DNA from: Eledone cirrhosa
Taxonomy: Eukaryota
Reading direction: 5' to 3'
DNA length: 64,000 nt
NCBI GenBank assembly: GCA_964016885.1
Contig: OZ024740.1
Span: forward strand, 226,362,001 to 226,426,000
This document shows, in pieces, positions 28,091-41,716 of this stretch. The position numbers and the translations under genes were made by a program. Each line of letters starts with the position of its first letter. The stretch's first letter is position 1. The notes below the pieces were generated by a model. It saw only the letters and a program-made list of their open reading frames with translations. It was not told the DNA's origin and ran no database searches.

Positions 28091-28123
28091 ATTATTATGT
28101 AATAAACAACATAAGGCAATTAT

Positions 28124-28180
28124 TCCATTTACCAGTGGTTTCTTAAAAGCAAAAGGTTTTGCTTTCAATCCTCAGAACGG
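28124..28180 (-). ncRNA. Type I hammerhead HH-C (intact)
   Basis: ccgtt CTGAGGA ttgaaagcaaaa-cc-ttttgcttttaa GAAAC cactg GTA aatgg. Confidence 0.8.
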
Positions 28181-28339
28181 GAAAAAGCTGGTTTGTTTAT
28201 TGAATTTGGATTGCAAACCAAAAAATACAATCTATATGAAAGTGAGGCTGGAGAAGGGAGAAGGAAAGGAAAAATAAAATAAAATAAAACGACGCATGCA
28301 AACACACACACAAAAAAACACAAAAGCATACTTACACAC

Positions 28340-28406
<67 letters not shown>

Positions 28407-28625
28407 TATACATATACACACACACACATACACACACATACACATGTGTGTGTACAAGCATACACATACACAAACATAGCCATACACACACACATATATA
28501 TACACACATACATACATTCACACAAACATACAAAGCGTACATACATACACATACATGAATGCACTCCTCTACATATTCGCAAACGCAAATAAAAATAAGA
28601 AAAAAAAAAAATATATATATATATA

Positions 28626-28985
28626 TATGATATTAAATAAATGGAAACTATATTTATAAAACCATATTTATTTCGTTATATATATTTCAGGGATATCATA
28701 TTAACAATATGTTATGCCTTCTTCAGACAAAATACAATATAAACAGTCTTATAAATAAATAGATACGACATACCTTTCAATCACCTTGCATTTGGGAGGT
28801 TGATTTGGCAGTCTCCCAAATGCAAGGTGATTGAAAGGTATGTCGTATCTATTTATTTATAAGACTGTTTATATTGTATTTTGTCTGAAGAAGGCATAAC
28901 ATATTGTTAATATGATATCCCTGAAATATATATAACGAAATAAATATGGTTTTATAAATATAGTTTCCATTTATTTAATATCATA
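28626..28985. repeat. Perfect ~173-bp-arm palindrome with an HH-B in each arm
   Basis: 28626-28798 vs 28813-28985, 14-nt spacer. Confidence 0.9.
28877..28942 (+). ncRNA. Type I hammerhead HH-B (intact core; mirror copy at 28669-28734, minus)
   Basis: tattttgt CTGAAGA aggcataacatatt-gtt-aatatgatatccct GAAAT atat ATA acgaaata. Confidence 0.75.
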
Positions 28986-28989
28986 AATA

Positions 28990-29325
28990 TACTCCAAATA
29001 CTTGTTGAGTGCTTTTATATCAGTTATAAATATTTACTCGTTGTTAACCCAACAATTTAAATATAACTTTCCATATATATATATATATATATTTTTAAAT
29101 TTTTGACAGCGATACATGACCCAGCTAACAGGACAGACACGCGTAGTAAGTAATACACACAAGAAAGCACGCACACATACGTACGAAACAGTAAACACAT
29201 ACACACACTCTCACACATAAATATACATAAACAAACACAAAAACACATACATACACAAACACGCACACGTATACATATTAAACACACACACATATGTATA
29301 TGTAATTATATACACACACACACAC

Positions 29326-29382
<57 letters not shown>

Positions 29383-29665
29383 TACACACATACACACATA
29401 CATACATATACATATATATATATATACACAAAATATATAAACGCACACACACACACATACACGCATATATGTAAACACACATATACATACATAGCTAAAC
29501 AATTATACACATGCAAATACGTATATATCAAAAATACGCACAACCAAAAACAAATACACACACACATACACACACACACACACACACACAACCACACACA
29601 CACATATATACATAAAAAATAATAAAATAATAAACACACACACACATATACATACATACATACAT

Positions 29666-29738
<73 letters not shown>

Positions 29739-30052
29739 CATACATACACACACACATACACACATACGTACATATACACATGTGCATACACATACACACA
29801 CACATATATATACATGTGTGTATGTGTAAAACTCAGTATTAGCAAAGACAAATGAACCTTACATAAACGTATATATAGTAGTAAGGTAATAAAGCAACAT
29901 AAGGCAATTATTCCATTCACCAGAGGTTTCTTAAAAGCAGAAAATGTTTCCTTCAGTCTTCAGAATGAAAAAAAGTGAAAAAAACCTGGTTTATCCACAT
30001 ATACAAACATATACATACACAAATATACATATATATATATACACATACACAA

Positions 30053-30107
<55 letters not shown>

Positions 30108-31585
30108 TACATACACACCCATATATACATACACACACACATACACACATATATATATATATATACACACATATATATACACACAAAAATACATACACAT
30201 ACACATAGGTATGTGGAGGGCAAAACAAAAATAATATATGGGGTGGGGGCTAAGAGGAGGTAAAAATATAAGGGGAGGTAAGAGAGAAAAAATTTTAAAT
30301 ATACAAGAGTACAGAAGGTAGAATCAGCAAAATAAAAACCGTAGCAGACGTAAAGAGCAGAGAAGGAGTTCAAGGCGGTTGATTTATCGTAGGAGTGTCA
30401 ATCCAGTTACAGATCAGATGCGATTTCAGATGAGGACAGCATCTGAAGATCTCAGTCTTTGAGTTAAGGCAAGCGGAAGTGGCTCTCAAGTTTAGCAAAA
30501 TCCTATACTTTTCTGTGGTACACAAAGAACAATTATTTGTGCCCCTTTGGTACTCCCTCGAATGGTCTAATATAGACCAATCAATAGAGTACGGGATATT
30601 ACTATCCTTGAGATCCCATACCTTACTTGCGAGGGCCGTTGATGTTCGTTTATCTGAGTGTTTAAAAGAAGCGACATGTGAGTAAAATCTGGTTTTAAAC
30701 CTGTCCTGGGTCATACCGACATATCGCTCACTTCTGGCTGGCTGGTTGTTGATAATTGGCGTTATCTTAGCCTCATAAACGACAGATTTTGTGTTACATT
30801 TACCCTGCAATGGGCATTCATCAGGCTTCCTGCAACTGCATCCTGGATTTATCCTCGTACGGTTTGAACTGGTGATTTTGGACTTCATGGATGGGCAACA
30901 AGAGTAGCTGATCTTAACTACATTCCTATTAAAAATCTTATAATATCTATGAATAGGAGGAAAGTGTTTGTCTAATAGTTCAAGGAATTTCCTTCCTACA
31001 TTAGTTTTGACATTTAGAGAGAAGGGGGTGTGAACCAAATAATCTTCCTTTTCCTGTTATTATGGTTAGTTTTAGGGGGGGGGGAGTAGGTAAATAAGAA
31101 ATATTTTCTGTAAAACCGCTGTTCTTAAGGGCTTTATTATAATAAGGGGCGGCTTTATTAAAAATGTCTATAGACGAAGATAAGGTAGAAATCCTACGGC
31201 TAATGTTAGGAATAAGATTATTAAAAACTATAGGGGGATGGCAAGATTCTTTGTGTATATACCTAAGATTTTCATTAGGTTTATGATAGGGTTTAAAAGA
31301 GGCAGTAAGTAGATCAAGATTAATATCAAGAAAGTTAGCATTAGTAAGGTTCGTATCTATAGTAATTTTAAGGTTAAGATTAGCAAAAGTACTAATTAAA
31401 TCTTTACGGAATTTATCAAGATTATGGCCGTTGGTGGTATGAGAAACTGCTAAGCCGTCATCACGGTATAAACCGATATTATGGGACGGAAATTTCTCTT
31501 TGAGTGTGTGGAGAAGGAATAATCCTACTAAGTCGCACACATCCGCACTGTCATAGGAACCCATTGCAACATCGAAAGAGTTTTC
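28990..31585 (-). mobile_element. Penelope-like element, YRDD type (possibly Hydra clade), 5'-truncated
   Basis: ORFs 31001-31564 (MGSYDSADVCDLVG...GLYRDDGL...FLD) and 30370-31038 (CSCRKPDEC linker, VVYEAK...YVGMT GIY-YIG); one frameshift; HHR in the tail. Confidence 0.88.
29911..29969 (-). ncRNA. Degenerate HH-C in the PLE 3' region
   Basis: ttcatt CTGAAGA ctgaagg...cttttaa GAAAC ctctg GTG aatgga; non-cleavable GUG triplet. Confidence 0.6.
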
Positions 31586-31597
31586 AGGGTTTGACTG

Positions 31598-31902
31598 GTA
31601 AATGGAATAATTGCCTTATGTTGTTTATTACATAATAATAATAATTAAGCTCTGTTGCATACATAGAGCACTCTTTTTTCCTGGACTTTTCCGATGGAAT
31701 TACTTCATTTATATATATATATATATATATAATAATTATGTTCTTTCTCATATGTATATATATATATTTAGTTATATATGTATATATGTGTGTGTGTTTG
31801 TGTGTGTGTGTGTGTACGTATGCATACGTATGTGTATGTATATATGTGTGTGTTGGTATATATGTGTATGTGAGTATGTATGTGTATGTATGTGTATGTA
31901 TA

Positions 31903-31920
<18 letters not shown>
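31598..31920 (+). repeat. Inverted terminal-repeat piece at the PLE 5' truncation
   Basis: Starts within HH-C stem III (actggtaaatggaataattgcc); homologous to 39083-39195. Confidence 0.75.
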
Positions 31921-31940
<20 letters not shown>

Positions 31941-32113
31941 AAGAATTAGTATATCTACTAACATATATATACAGAGGCATACCTATGCCAGCAAATATAT
32001 AGGTTTTGTCTTAGTAACTTTGTGGTTCAATGCATGGGGATGCAGAACAATAATATGAAAGACGTAAAATAAGAAAATTATAAAAAGTAACTTACTTAAC
32101 TTACTAAAATTTC

Positions 32114-32195
32114 ACTCCAACTAATTAGTTTCTGAAAGGGAATAAACATCGTTTCCGAAGAAACGCACGGAGAAGTCCTTTCGTCATCAGGGAAG
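32114..32195 (-). ncRNA. Type I hammerhead HH-A
   Basis: ttcc CTGATGA c gaaagg...cctttc a GAAAC taatta GTT ggag. Confidence 0.8.
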
Positions 32196-32644
32196 TCTAT
32201 TCTCAGCTAAGTTTCCAGGCAATGCGTGGACACAGGGAACTTATACAAAAATAATACAGTGGATGGAAAAGAGCAAAGCGTGGACTAAGTTCCAAGACAT
32301 TGAAAAAATCACTGCCTACTGGGTCGGTGGTAAATTCAAAAGAATCAATCACGTGACATCGAGGTTAATCAGTGAGGAGTGGTTTGTTAAGAAGACAGCA
32401 GCCGAACCATTACTATGAACGATAGTAGCAGTTTTGGAAAATTTTGGCTCAACAAAATAATTTGGAGATAATTATAAAGAATTAGTATATCTACTAACAT
32501 ATATATACAGATGCATACCTATGCCATCAAATAGATAGGTTTTGTCTTAGTAACTTTGTGGTTCAATGCATGGGGATGCAGAACAATAATATGAAAGACG
32601 TAAAATAAGAAAATTATCAAAATTAACTTACTTACTAAAATTTT

Positions 32645-32726
32645 ACTCCAACTAATTAGTTTCTGAAAGGGAATAAACATGGTTTCCGAAGAAACGCACG
32701 GAGAAGTCCTTTCGTCATCAGGGAAG
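32645..32726 (-). ncRNA. Type I hammerhead HH-A
   Basis: Same as 32114-32195. Confidence 0.8.
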
Positions 32727-33120
32727 TCTATTCTCAGCTAAGTTTCCAGGCAATGCGTGGACACAGGGAACTTATACAAAAATAATACAGTGGATGGAAA
32801 AAAGCAAAGCGTGGGCTAAGTTCCAAGACATTGAAAAATTCACTGCCTACTGGGTCGGTGGCAAATTCAAAAGAATCAATCACGTGATATCGAGGTTAAT
32901 CAGTGAGGAGTGGTTTGTTAAGAAGACAGCAGCCGAACCATTACTATGAATTATAGTAGCAGTTTTGGCAAATTTTGGCTCAACAAAATAATTTGGCTCA
33001 ACAAAATAATTTTGGCTCAACAAAATAATCTTCGGAAACCATGTTTATTCCCTTTCAGAAACTAATTAGTTGGAGTGAAATTTTAGTAAGTTAATTTTTA
33101 TAATTTTCTCATTTTACGTC

Positions 33121-33248
<128 letters not shown>

Positions 33249-33254
33249 GTATGT

Positions 33255-33849
33255 ATATTTTAGAGTTAAATAAGGTTCATTTGAATTATCTAAGAATGAG
33301 TTTTACACACATATATGTGTGTGTTTGTATTTGTATGTACGTGTTTGTGATATGTATGTATATGTATGTGTATATTTGTATGGTTATGTATGTAGGTGTG
33401 TATATATATATGTATGTGTGTGTATATATGTATATGTGTGTGTGTGTATGTATGTGTGTATGCGTATGTATGTGTTTATGTATTTGTATATGTATATTTA
33501 TGTGTGAGAGTGCGTGTATGTATTTATTTTTACGTATGTATGTGTACGTGCGTTTGTGTGTATTGTTTACCACGTGTGTTTTTCATTTATTTGGTGCCTG
33601 TATCGCTGTCAACATTATAATAGTCTTTATATTCATTTTTATGTTTTTTATTATTATATATATTTTTTCTTATATTTATTTGTGTGTGTGAGTATGTAGA
33701 GGTGTGTGTATATATTTCTATTTTTGTGCATGCGTATGTATGCGTGTATATATGTGTGTATGTATGTGTATGTATGTACGTGTGTATATACGTATGATTG
33801 TGTGTATGTATGTATGTATGTGTATGTATATGTGTATGTATGTGTATGT

Positions 33850-33899
<50 letters not shown>

Positions 33900-34092
33900 A
33901 CTACCAAACCAACTTTTTTTAAATGGAAGTTGAACAATATTCATGGTACGTCAAATTTATATATAAAACTGCTTATATATTGTACTTTATCTGCAGAAGG
34001 CATGCCATATTTCTAATATGGTATCCCTGAAATAGGTATAATGAAATAAATATGGTTTTATAAATATAGTTTCCATTTGTTTAATATCGTAT
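33255..34092 (+). mobile_element. Microsatellite-rich PLE terminal-repeat unit joined to an HH-B tail
   Basis: Homologous to 23250-24120 (reverse complement); HH-B at 33983-34048 with CTGCAGA (A6 mutated). Confidence 0.65.
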
Positions 34093-34093
34093 T

Positions 34094-34166
<73 letters not shown>

Positions 34167-37100
34167 CATCATCATCATCATCGTTTAACGTCCGTGTTCC
34201 ATGCTTGCATGGGTTTGGACGGAGGGGTTTTCCCACTTGAGGCAAGAGTGGTTATCTTGCTCGCATAGGACTATCTGGCGGGTTTTCTACAGCTGGATGC
34301 CCTTCCTAACACCAACCACATTTACAGTGTGGGGCTGGGAGGTTTTTACCGTCTTGCCTACACGGCCACATTACAGCGTGAACTGTGTGTTTTTTTGACG
34401 TGACACCTACACGATCTCATTTGTTTCGGCCTGGATGTTGTGGCACCAACATAACTTTACATTGAAAGGGGCGGTGTGGATGGGGTGGGGGTGGTGGGAC
34501 GGGGGTGTATTTTGTTAGAGATGCCTACTGACTGTAGTAGGTTTTACTTTGTATTTAGGTAAGGCGGGTCTTCTCTATTACTGAGTACCGCCAAAGGTCT
34601 CGGTCCAGTGACATTGTCTTGGTGAGGTGTAAGTGTGTGAGGTCGGAATTTATCAGCTCATCCCAGGTTTTTCTGGGTCTGCCTATTCCGTGGCTACCGT
34701 ATATCTTTATTGCCCTGCACTTTGTTATACAGCTATCGTCCTTCATGCGCATCACGTGACCATACCAGCGTAGCCTTCTCTCGAGTAAACAACATCTGAT
34801 CCCTCTTATTTCTAATTTCTCCCTTAGTTCGTTTATGCTTTGCGTTCACGTATATTACTTTTACACATCCAGCGGAGCATGCAAGCTTCGTTTCTCTCTA
34901 GTCTGCGTATATCCTCTGCACACAATGCCCAGGTCTCACTGCCATGCAACATTGCTGTTCGTATGCAGGCATCGTACAACCTGCCTTTCATTTTTAGGGA
35001 GAACCCTTTAGCGGCTAATAGTGGTATGAGCTCTCTGAACTTTTTCCACCCAGTTCTGACTCTAGCTACTGTACTTTCAGAGCACCCTCCCCCACTGCTG
35101 ATTTTGTCACCCAGGTAACGGAAGCTGTCCACTATTTCTATAGAACCCTCTGCGCAGTTGAAAGAGCTAGTATTTTTCTGGGCACTTGCTGCTACTTATT
35201 GCCCCAGAACACCGGCCACATGTAAAATCTATGTTCTTAGTTAGCTTACCTGTGATCCCACTACATCTTTTATGCACCCAAACTTTGCATTTGGGACACA
35301 AAATGGAGTTTCTACCTACTCCTTTCCTACACTCTGAGCATGGCCACTTCCCGGAGGGGACCGCCGCCTTATTTTCTTTCTTACAAACTAGAACTTTAGT
35401 CTTAGCCAGGTTAATTTTAAGGCCTTTTGATTCTAGGCCGTGCTTCCATGTTTCGAATTTCTTCTCTAGCTCGGCCATTGATTCAGCTATGAGCGTTAGA
35501 TCATCTCCGTATAGGAGTTCCCATGGGCAGCCGGTCTTGAACTCCACTGTTATAGCCTGGAGGGCAATAATAAATAGTAGGGGGCTAAGAACATAGCCCT
35601 GATGAACACCAACTTTTACACTAAACTCTTCACTATATTCGTTGTTAATTCTAACCTTGCTGACTGTTTCTTTATACATGGCTTGTATAGCTCTCACAAG
35701 CCATTCATCAACACCTAGTTTTCTAAGAGCCCACCAGATAATGGAACGGGGGACTCTGTCGAAGGCTTTCTCCAAGTCGACGAAAGCTAAGTATAGGGGT
35801 TTACTTTTAGCTAGGTACTTCTCCTGTAGTTGTCGTACAATGAAAAGAGTGTCTGTGGTACTTTTTCCTGACACAAACCCGAACTGCATTTCATCTAGAT
35901 CAATTCGCTCTCTGATTAGTTGCGCTATTACTTTTTCCGTGACCTTCATGACCTGGTCGATTTATTTAATGCCTCTATAGTTACTCCTATCTAGGGCATC
36001 TCCTTTACCCTTATAATAGTTAACGATGATGCTGCTACGCCAGTCCTTCGGAACAGCCCCATTCTGTATGACTTGGTTGACTATCCGGGTGACCATGGTG
36101 TGTCCCACCGTACCAGATGCCTTCAGCATCTCGGCAACTATTTCCGAAGGCCCAGCCGCCTTACCCATCTTCATATCTTTGATTGCCTTACTTATTATAC
36201 TACCCTCGACTAACACTGCTGGTCCCTCTATTGGGTCGATGTGGGGGAGACTGTCTTTCTCCCATTTATTCTCCTCATTTAGTAGCCTTTCATAGTGACA
36301 CTTCCAAGCTACCTTCTTATCAGCGTCGGTGATGGCAAGTACGCCGTCACCATTAAGTACACACTCCTCCCCGACAATATCACTGTTTTCCTTGACACAT
36401 TGCCTAGCAATCCTGAACACCTCACGTTTTTGGTCCTCGCGTTGTAGAACATGCTTGAACTTTCTTTCCTCTGCTTCCCTTCTTGCGAAGTACACTTGTC
36501 TCCTAGCTTCCCTCCTGGCCACTTGATAGTCTTCTCTACTTCCCTCATCCCGCCATACTTTCCAAGCCTGCTTTTTGGCCTTAATTGACCCCTCCACCTT
36601 ACTGTTCCACCACCATGTTACTCTCCTCCTGCCAACAGGCCTGCTCCAGCCACAGACTTCGTCTGTCGCCATCAGCAGGTTTGCTTTCAGAAATTCCCAC
36701 TGTCCCTCTATATTGTCCGACTCTAAATGCTCTTTCTTACTGTCGAAAGCATCAAGTAATATGCTTTGAAATTTATTTTTGGCTGTGGGGTCCTTTAGCT
36801 TCCATATTTTTCTCCTGAGGATAATCCTCTTCTGTTGTCTAGTACGTCTCGTCCTGACTATTAGGTCGCTAATTATCAGTCTATGTTGGGAGGTGCATTC
36901 TTCAAGGGGGAGGGATTTCTTCTGGTAAGGATATAATCTACCTGGCTGGTATGTTCCCCTGTTCTGTAGGTGATCAAGTGATTGTCTCGTTTTTTGAAGT
37001 TAGTGTTGTAGATAGTTAGGTTATTTGCGTCACAGAATTCCAGGATTCTGGAGCCTTCCTCATTTCTAGTACCAAACCCATAGCCTCCATGGATTCCGTC

Positions 37101-38300
37101 GTAGCCGTCACAATGTTGTCCAACGTGACCGTTTAGGTCGCCTGCAATAATTATATAGTCACTGTCGGTTATTTGGGAGGTAGTGAGCATCAGTGTCTCA
37201 TAGAATCTGTCTTTTATAGTGCTGGGCAGTCCGGATTGGGTTGCGTACGCGGATATTACTGTCACCGTAGTTCTATTGAGGACAAGTCTTATTTTAATTA
37301 TTCTGTCGTTCACTCTATTTACGTCTATTATCTTATCTGCCCACTTTTCTGCTACCATGATTCCTACCCCACCCAGCCCATTGTCATTTCCCACCCAGAA
37401 AAGCTTATAGCATCGTTTTCTACCCACAATGAATCTAGCAGATCCACCCCTCCACCTGGTCTCTTGAATACAACAAACATCGACCTCCTTACGTTCAAGC
37501 ATTTCTACAACCTCGTTAGAGCGACCCTTTAAGGTGCCTACATTCAAGGTACCAACTCTGAAGTTTTGGATTGCGTTTGGTGGGTGGGAGCGGTGGGGAG
37601 CGGGGGGAGATGGGGCTATGTTGGCCATCCGCGGCCGAAACAAAGAGGAATGCTCGCATTCTCGTCCACGAGGTGTGTTTGTCTTTATCTTTGGCATTGT
37701 AGCTGAGCGTCCAGATTTTTCTCTCTTCAACTCTCCGGAACTCCGTAGTCCTTCCATCCTACATATCGAAGGCGACCAGGTAAGCGATAGTATAGGCCTC
37801 TGGCTTATGATTGGTCCACGTAATAATAATGGTGGTGCGTGGGGGCGGGAGTGAGGGGTGGGTGTTGAGTTGTTAGTGAGAAGAATAGGTTTAAGTGAGA
37901 TCCTCGTATTTAACAAGCGATAACAAAAATACAAGATTTGTTTAGTAAAATACGCCAAAAACTTTCGTATTTAACAAGCAATGACAAAATACAAGATTTG
38001 TTTTGGAAAATACGAGATAGGATACAGGAGGAAATAGGATGGAATGGCTAGTAGTGAACAAGAATTGGAATGAGGATAGAAAATGCTATAGGATTTGGAA
38101 GGACTATGAAATTAAGCGGATGTTAGAAAAGCTAGAAAAATGTGTACGTTACATTATACCATTGAAAGAAAAACGGCCACAAATTTGGCGAAAGTGAATT
38201 TCTTGTGTGGGTTATCTTATATATATATGGATAGAGAGAGAGAGAGGGGGGGTTTGACCGCATGTTGTAGAGTGTGGTGGAGGGGGAGATGATATTAAGG
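34167..38300 (-). mobile_element. Near full-length RTE LINE (subfamily 1), frameshifted
   Basis: APE (GTLNVGTL...CCIQETRW...AGDLNGHVG...SQVDYIL), RT (QFGF...DLEKAFD...GVHQG...LLYGDD), PHD-like finger, C-terminus, (GAT)n tail; likely ATG near 37757. Confidence 0.95.
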
Positions 38301-38469
38301 AGCGGGAATTAAGAGTTTGAAATAATAACAAATATATTTAAAATATTGTATGAGAGAAGAATAGGTTTATATATATATGTGTGTGTGTGTGTGGTTGTAT
38401 ATATGTATGTGTATGTATGGATATGTTGATATTTATGTGTGTATATATGTATGTGTATATGTATGTGTA

Positions 38470-38827
38470 TCATCATCATCATCATCAGGTTTAGCGTCCG
38501 TGTTCCACGCTTGCATGGGTTTGGACGTGGGGTTTTCCCACTTGAGGCAAGAGTGGTTGTCTTGCTCGCATAGGACTGTCTGGCAGGTTTTCTACAGTTG
38601 GATGCCCTTCCTAACACCAACCACATTTACAGTGTGGGGCTGGGAGGTTTTTACCGTGTTGCCTACACGGCCACATTACAGCGTGGACTGTCTGGCGGGT
38701 TTTCTACAGCTGGATGCCCTTCCTAACACCAACCACATTTACGGTGTGGGGCTGGGAGGTTTTTACCGTGTTGCCTACACGGCCACATTTACAGCGTGGA
38801 CTGTGTGTTTTTTGTCGTGACACCTAC
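38470..38827 (-). mobile_element. RTE 3' UTR fragment with 112-bp duplication
   Basis: Near-identical to 2712-3070. Confidence 0.85.
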
Positions 38828-39036
38828 ACATATATATGTGTGTGTGTGTATGTATGTATGTATCTATATATATATACATATATATATGTGTATGTATATA
38901 ATTATGTGTGTGTGTGGGTGTTTGCATGTGTGTTTTTATTTTATTTTTCCTTTCCTTCTTCCTTTTCCAGCCTCACTTTCATATAGATTGCATTTTTGTT
39001 TTTAAAATCCAACGTCAATAAAAACACCAGGATTTT

Positions 39037-39095
39037 TTCATTCTGATGATTGAAAGAAATTTTTTTTTGCTTTTAAGAAACCACTGGTAAATGGA
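39037..39095 (+). ncRNA. Type I hammerhead HH-C (intact)
   Basis: ttcatt CTGATGA ttgaaag...cttttaa GAAAC cactg GTA aatgga; predicted cleavage after 39089; within PLE repeat 38910-39195. Confidence 0.82.
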
Positions 39096-39192
39096 ATAAT
39101 TGCCTTATGTTGTTTATTACATAACTATTAAGCTCTGTTACCTACATGGAGCACTCTTTTTTCCTGGACTTTTCCGACGGAATTACTTCATT

Positions 39193-39256
<64 letters not shown>

Positions 39257-39441
39257 CAAACTCAAGCTGGCTTCCACTATATACACACACACACACTTAC
39301 ATATACATATACTGTGGAAGCCAGTTCGTGTCTGTGTACATATACTTCTTAGTCAAAAAGAAAATCAGAGATTAGCAAAAGTGTTTTGTCGTTGTTGACG
39401 TTGCCTTAGATGTCTCATCAAACAAGGAAGTTACTTATATA

Positions 39442-39630
39442 TAATTGTTTCTACTTTAGGCACAAGGCCAGCAATTACCCAGTGCATTACTGGTACTTTA
39501 TTTTATCGACCCCGTAAGGATGAAAGGCAAAGTCAACCTCGGCGGGATTTGAACTCAGATCGTAAAGGGACGTAACTATGCTGGAAAGCATGGCGTCCGA
39601 CCCTCCACCGATACTGCCAATCCACCGCCC
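39442..39630 (-). mobile_element. SINE family 2
   Basis: Full copy from ggcggtggattggcag to aaagtagaaacaatta. Confidence 0.85.
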
Positions 39631-39899
39631 TTAGTTACTTACATATAATGCCAAACAGTGTGCAGATAAGTTTCCTTACTGCTTGAGTTTAATTGGTGTG
39701 TCATACTTTTAGTGTCATGTTATCCCACCTGACACTCTTTGGTACAGATGCCACATGCAAAATCATGGTGTGTGGAGTACTCCAAGTTTTTTTATTTTTA
39801 TGAGTATGATGTCTGCTATGGCTTAGTAACCCAGTATTTAACATACATACATATCTGCATCCCTCACAGGCAAGAGTTTATTTTGAACTCCATTCTTGC

Positions 39900-40230
39900 A
39901 GTGAACTAACATCCCCCATATATTTAGGGGTAAAGTGTGGATGAGAGGCTGCTACTGATATTTCATTGAGCTATACAAATGCCATTGTGGAACCATGATT
40001 TATGAGTTCAGATTACACCCACACTCTTATTGCCATGATACAAGTTGGTTCCCTTGACACACTGTCTTGAATGACATCAACAGGAAACGACTTGGCACAG
40101 CTAGTTTTCCATCTCAACTGGAGCCTCCTCGACTTGGCTGTGCTGATGGAATGTGCCCAAACAAGAGAGGTAAATCTCTAATCTCGGATGCCATATTCTG
40201 CACCATGTTCTCAGCATACATCTTGGCCTG
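39900..40230 (+). mobile_element. Decayed CRE-like non-LTR fragment (restriction-like endonuclease region)
   Basis: P*HTVLNDINRKRLGTASFPSQLEPPRLGCADG...GKSLISDA resembles RH..LND.I.R.L..A..PS.LEP..L...DGKRPD...GK.L.WD. Confidence 0.5.
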
Positions 40231-41317
40231 GTATATTATTTTATCAGCATTAAAAGAATAAAAAGCAAAGTTGACATAAGCCAGAGTGAAAATATTTTAT
40301 TCAATTCTCTAATGTCTCTACCAATGTACTGACTATGTTTAGTGTCAAGTTACAGTTTAATGTTTTCGATAAAAAATGTATTAAAAAAACCTCCTCTTTT
40401 TCTGTGTAACAACACACCCATTTTAAAGTGTTTTTCTTGAAATAAAAAACCATCAAACATAATTTGTTATAAAGAATTTGTTATATTATATTAAAAATAT
40501 TACCTAATTTGGCAAATATTTAATAAATCTAGTAAATCCCTCAAAATTCTCCATTAATTAAATGAAATATAATCTGTTTCATTAGAACTAATTTAATGAA
40601 ATGATTTAATTTTTAATATTACCTTTACTTATATGTGAGGTTACTGATGTTATCTAACTTTAATTTCACATTACTCCAGTTCACTTAACTGTAGAAATGA
40701 GTTGCAATGTCACTGGTGCCAAGCTGTATTGGTCATTGCCTTTCCCTTGGACAACATCGGTGGTGTGGAGATGGGAGACTGGTATGTATAGGTGACTTCT
40801 GGTCTTAAACAAACAACCTTGCTGGACTTTCTAGGTGCAAATCCCATGGTCATTCATGACTGAAGGGGGTCTGTAGTCTAGTTTACAAGTTCTATTTATT
40901 GCTGGATTGTAGATTGGCAGGTTACTTTCCAGCATCACTGTAGTTTCTACCATTTACCTATCAATTATATATTCTCTCAGATCTTGAATAATCATCGTCC
41001 TCCTCCACTTATTAATTTTTGAGATTTTTTTCCAATCCCCTTACTCTCATTAAAGTTTGCTAATCTATCTCTGACAAGATTTTATTTTAAGTGGTAGCAT
41101 TTCTGCAACAATTAATTTTCTTTAGACATTAAAAAACATTAAACATGACAAAAAAGTGCATTACTAGAAATCTCATATGTTATGAAATAAATAGGATGGG
41201 TTGGAGTCTCAATATATAAACTAAAGAACTAATTCTGTTTTTTTAAGAAAAATCAATGCAAACAACCCTGAAAAATTATCGATTCCCCCACCCCATTTAA
41301 CCTCTCCCATATAATTT

Positions 41318-41716
41318 GGTGGTGGTGATGGAAGAGGTAGTGGTATCGATTGTGGCTGTAATGGTGGTGGTGTGGAAGTTGGTGATGATAATGTTGATTG
41401 TGGTGGTAGTGGTGGAAGTGGTGGTGGTAATGGTAATGGTAGTAGTGATGGCAATTGGGGCTGTCATGGTGGTGGTGAGGATGTTGGTGATGATGATGTT
41501 GATTGTGGTGGTGGTAATGGTAATGGTAGTGGTGATGGCAATTGGGGCTGTCATGGTGGTGGTGAGGATGATTATGATGACAACAATGATGATGATCATG
41601 AGGATGATAATGATGAAGTACTGGGGTAGGAGTGGCCTTTAACAATGACGAAGAGGATGAGATAATGATGACGATAAATATGATGGCAATAATAATGATG
41701 ATGATGATGATGATGA
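41318..41716. repeat. Degenerate (GGT/GAT)n trinucleotide tract with internal ~87-bp duplication
   Basis: gatggcaattggggctgtcatggtggtggtgaggatg occurs twice. Confidence 0.85.

Noticed and set aside
32975-33030. CRISPR-like short repeats
   Set aside because: No spacers; slippage stutter in eukaryotic DNA
41221-41645. His-rich/Thr-rich ORFs
   Set aside because: Trinucleotide repeat open in all frames
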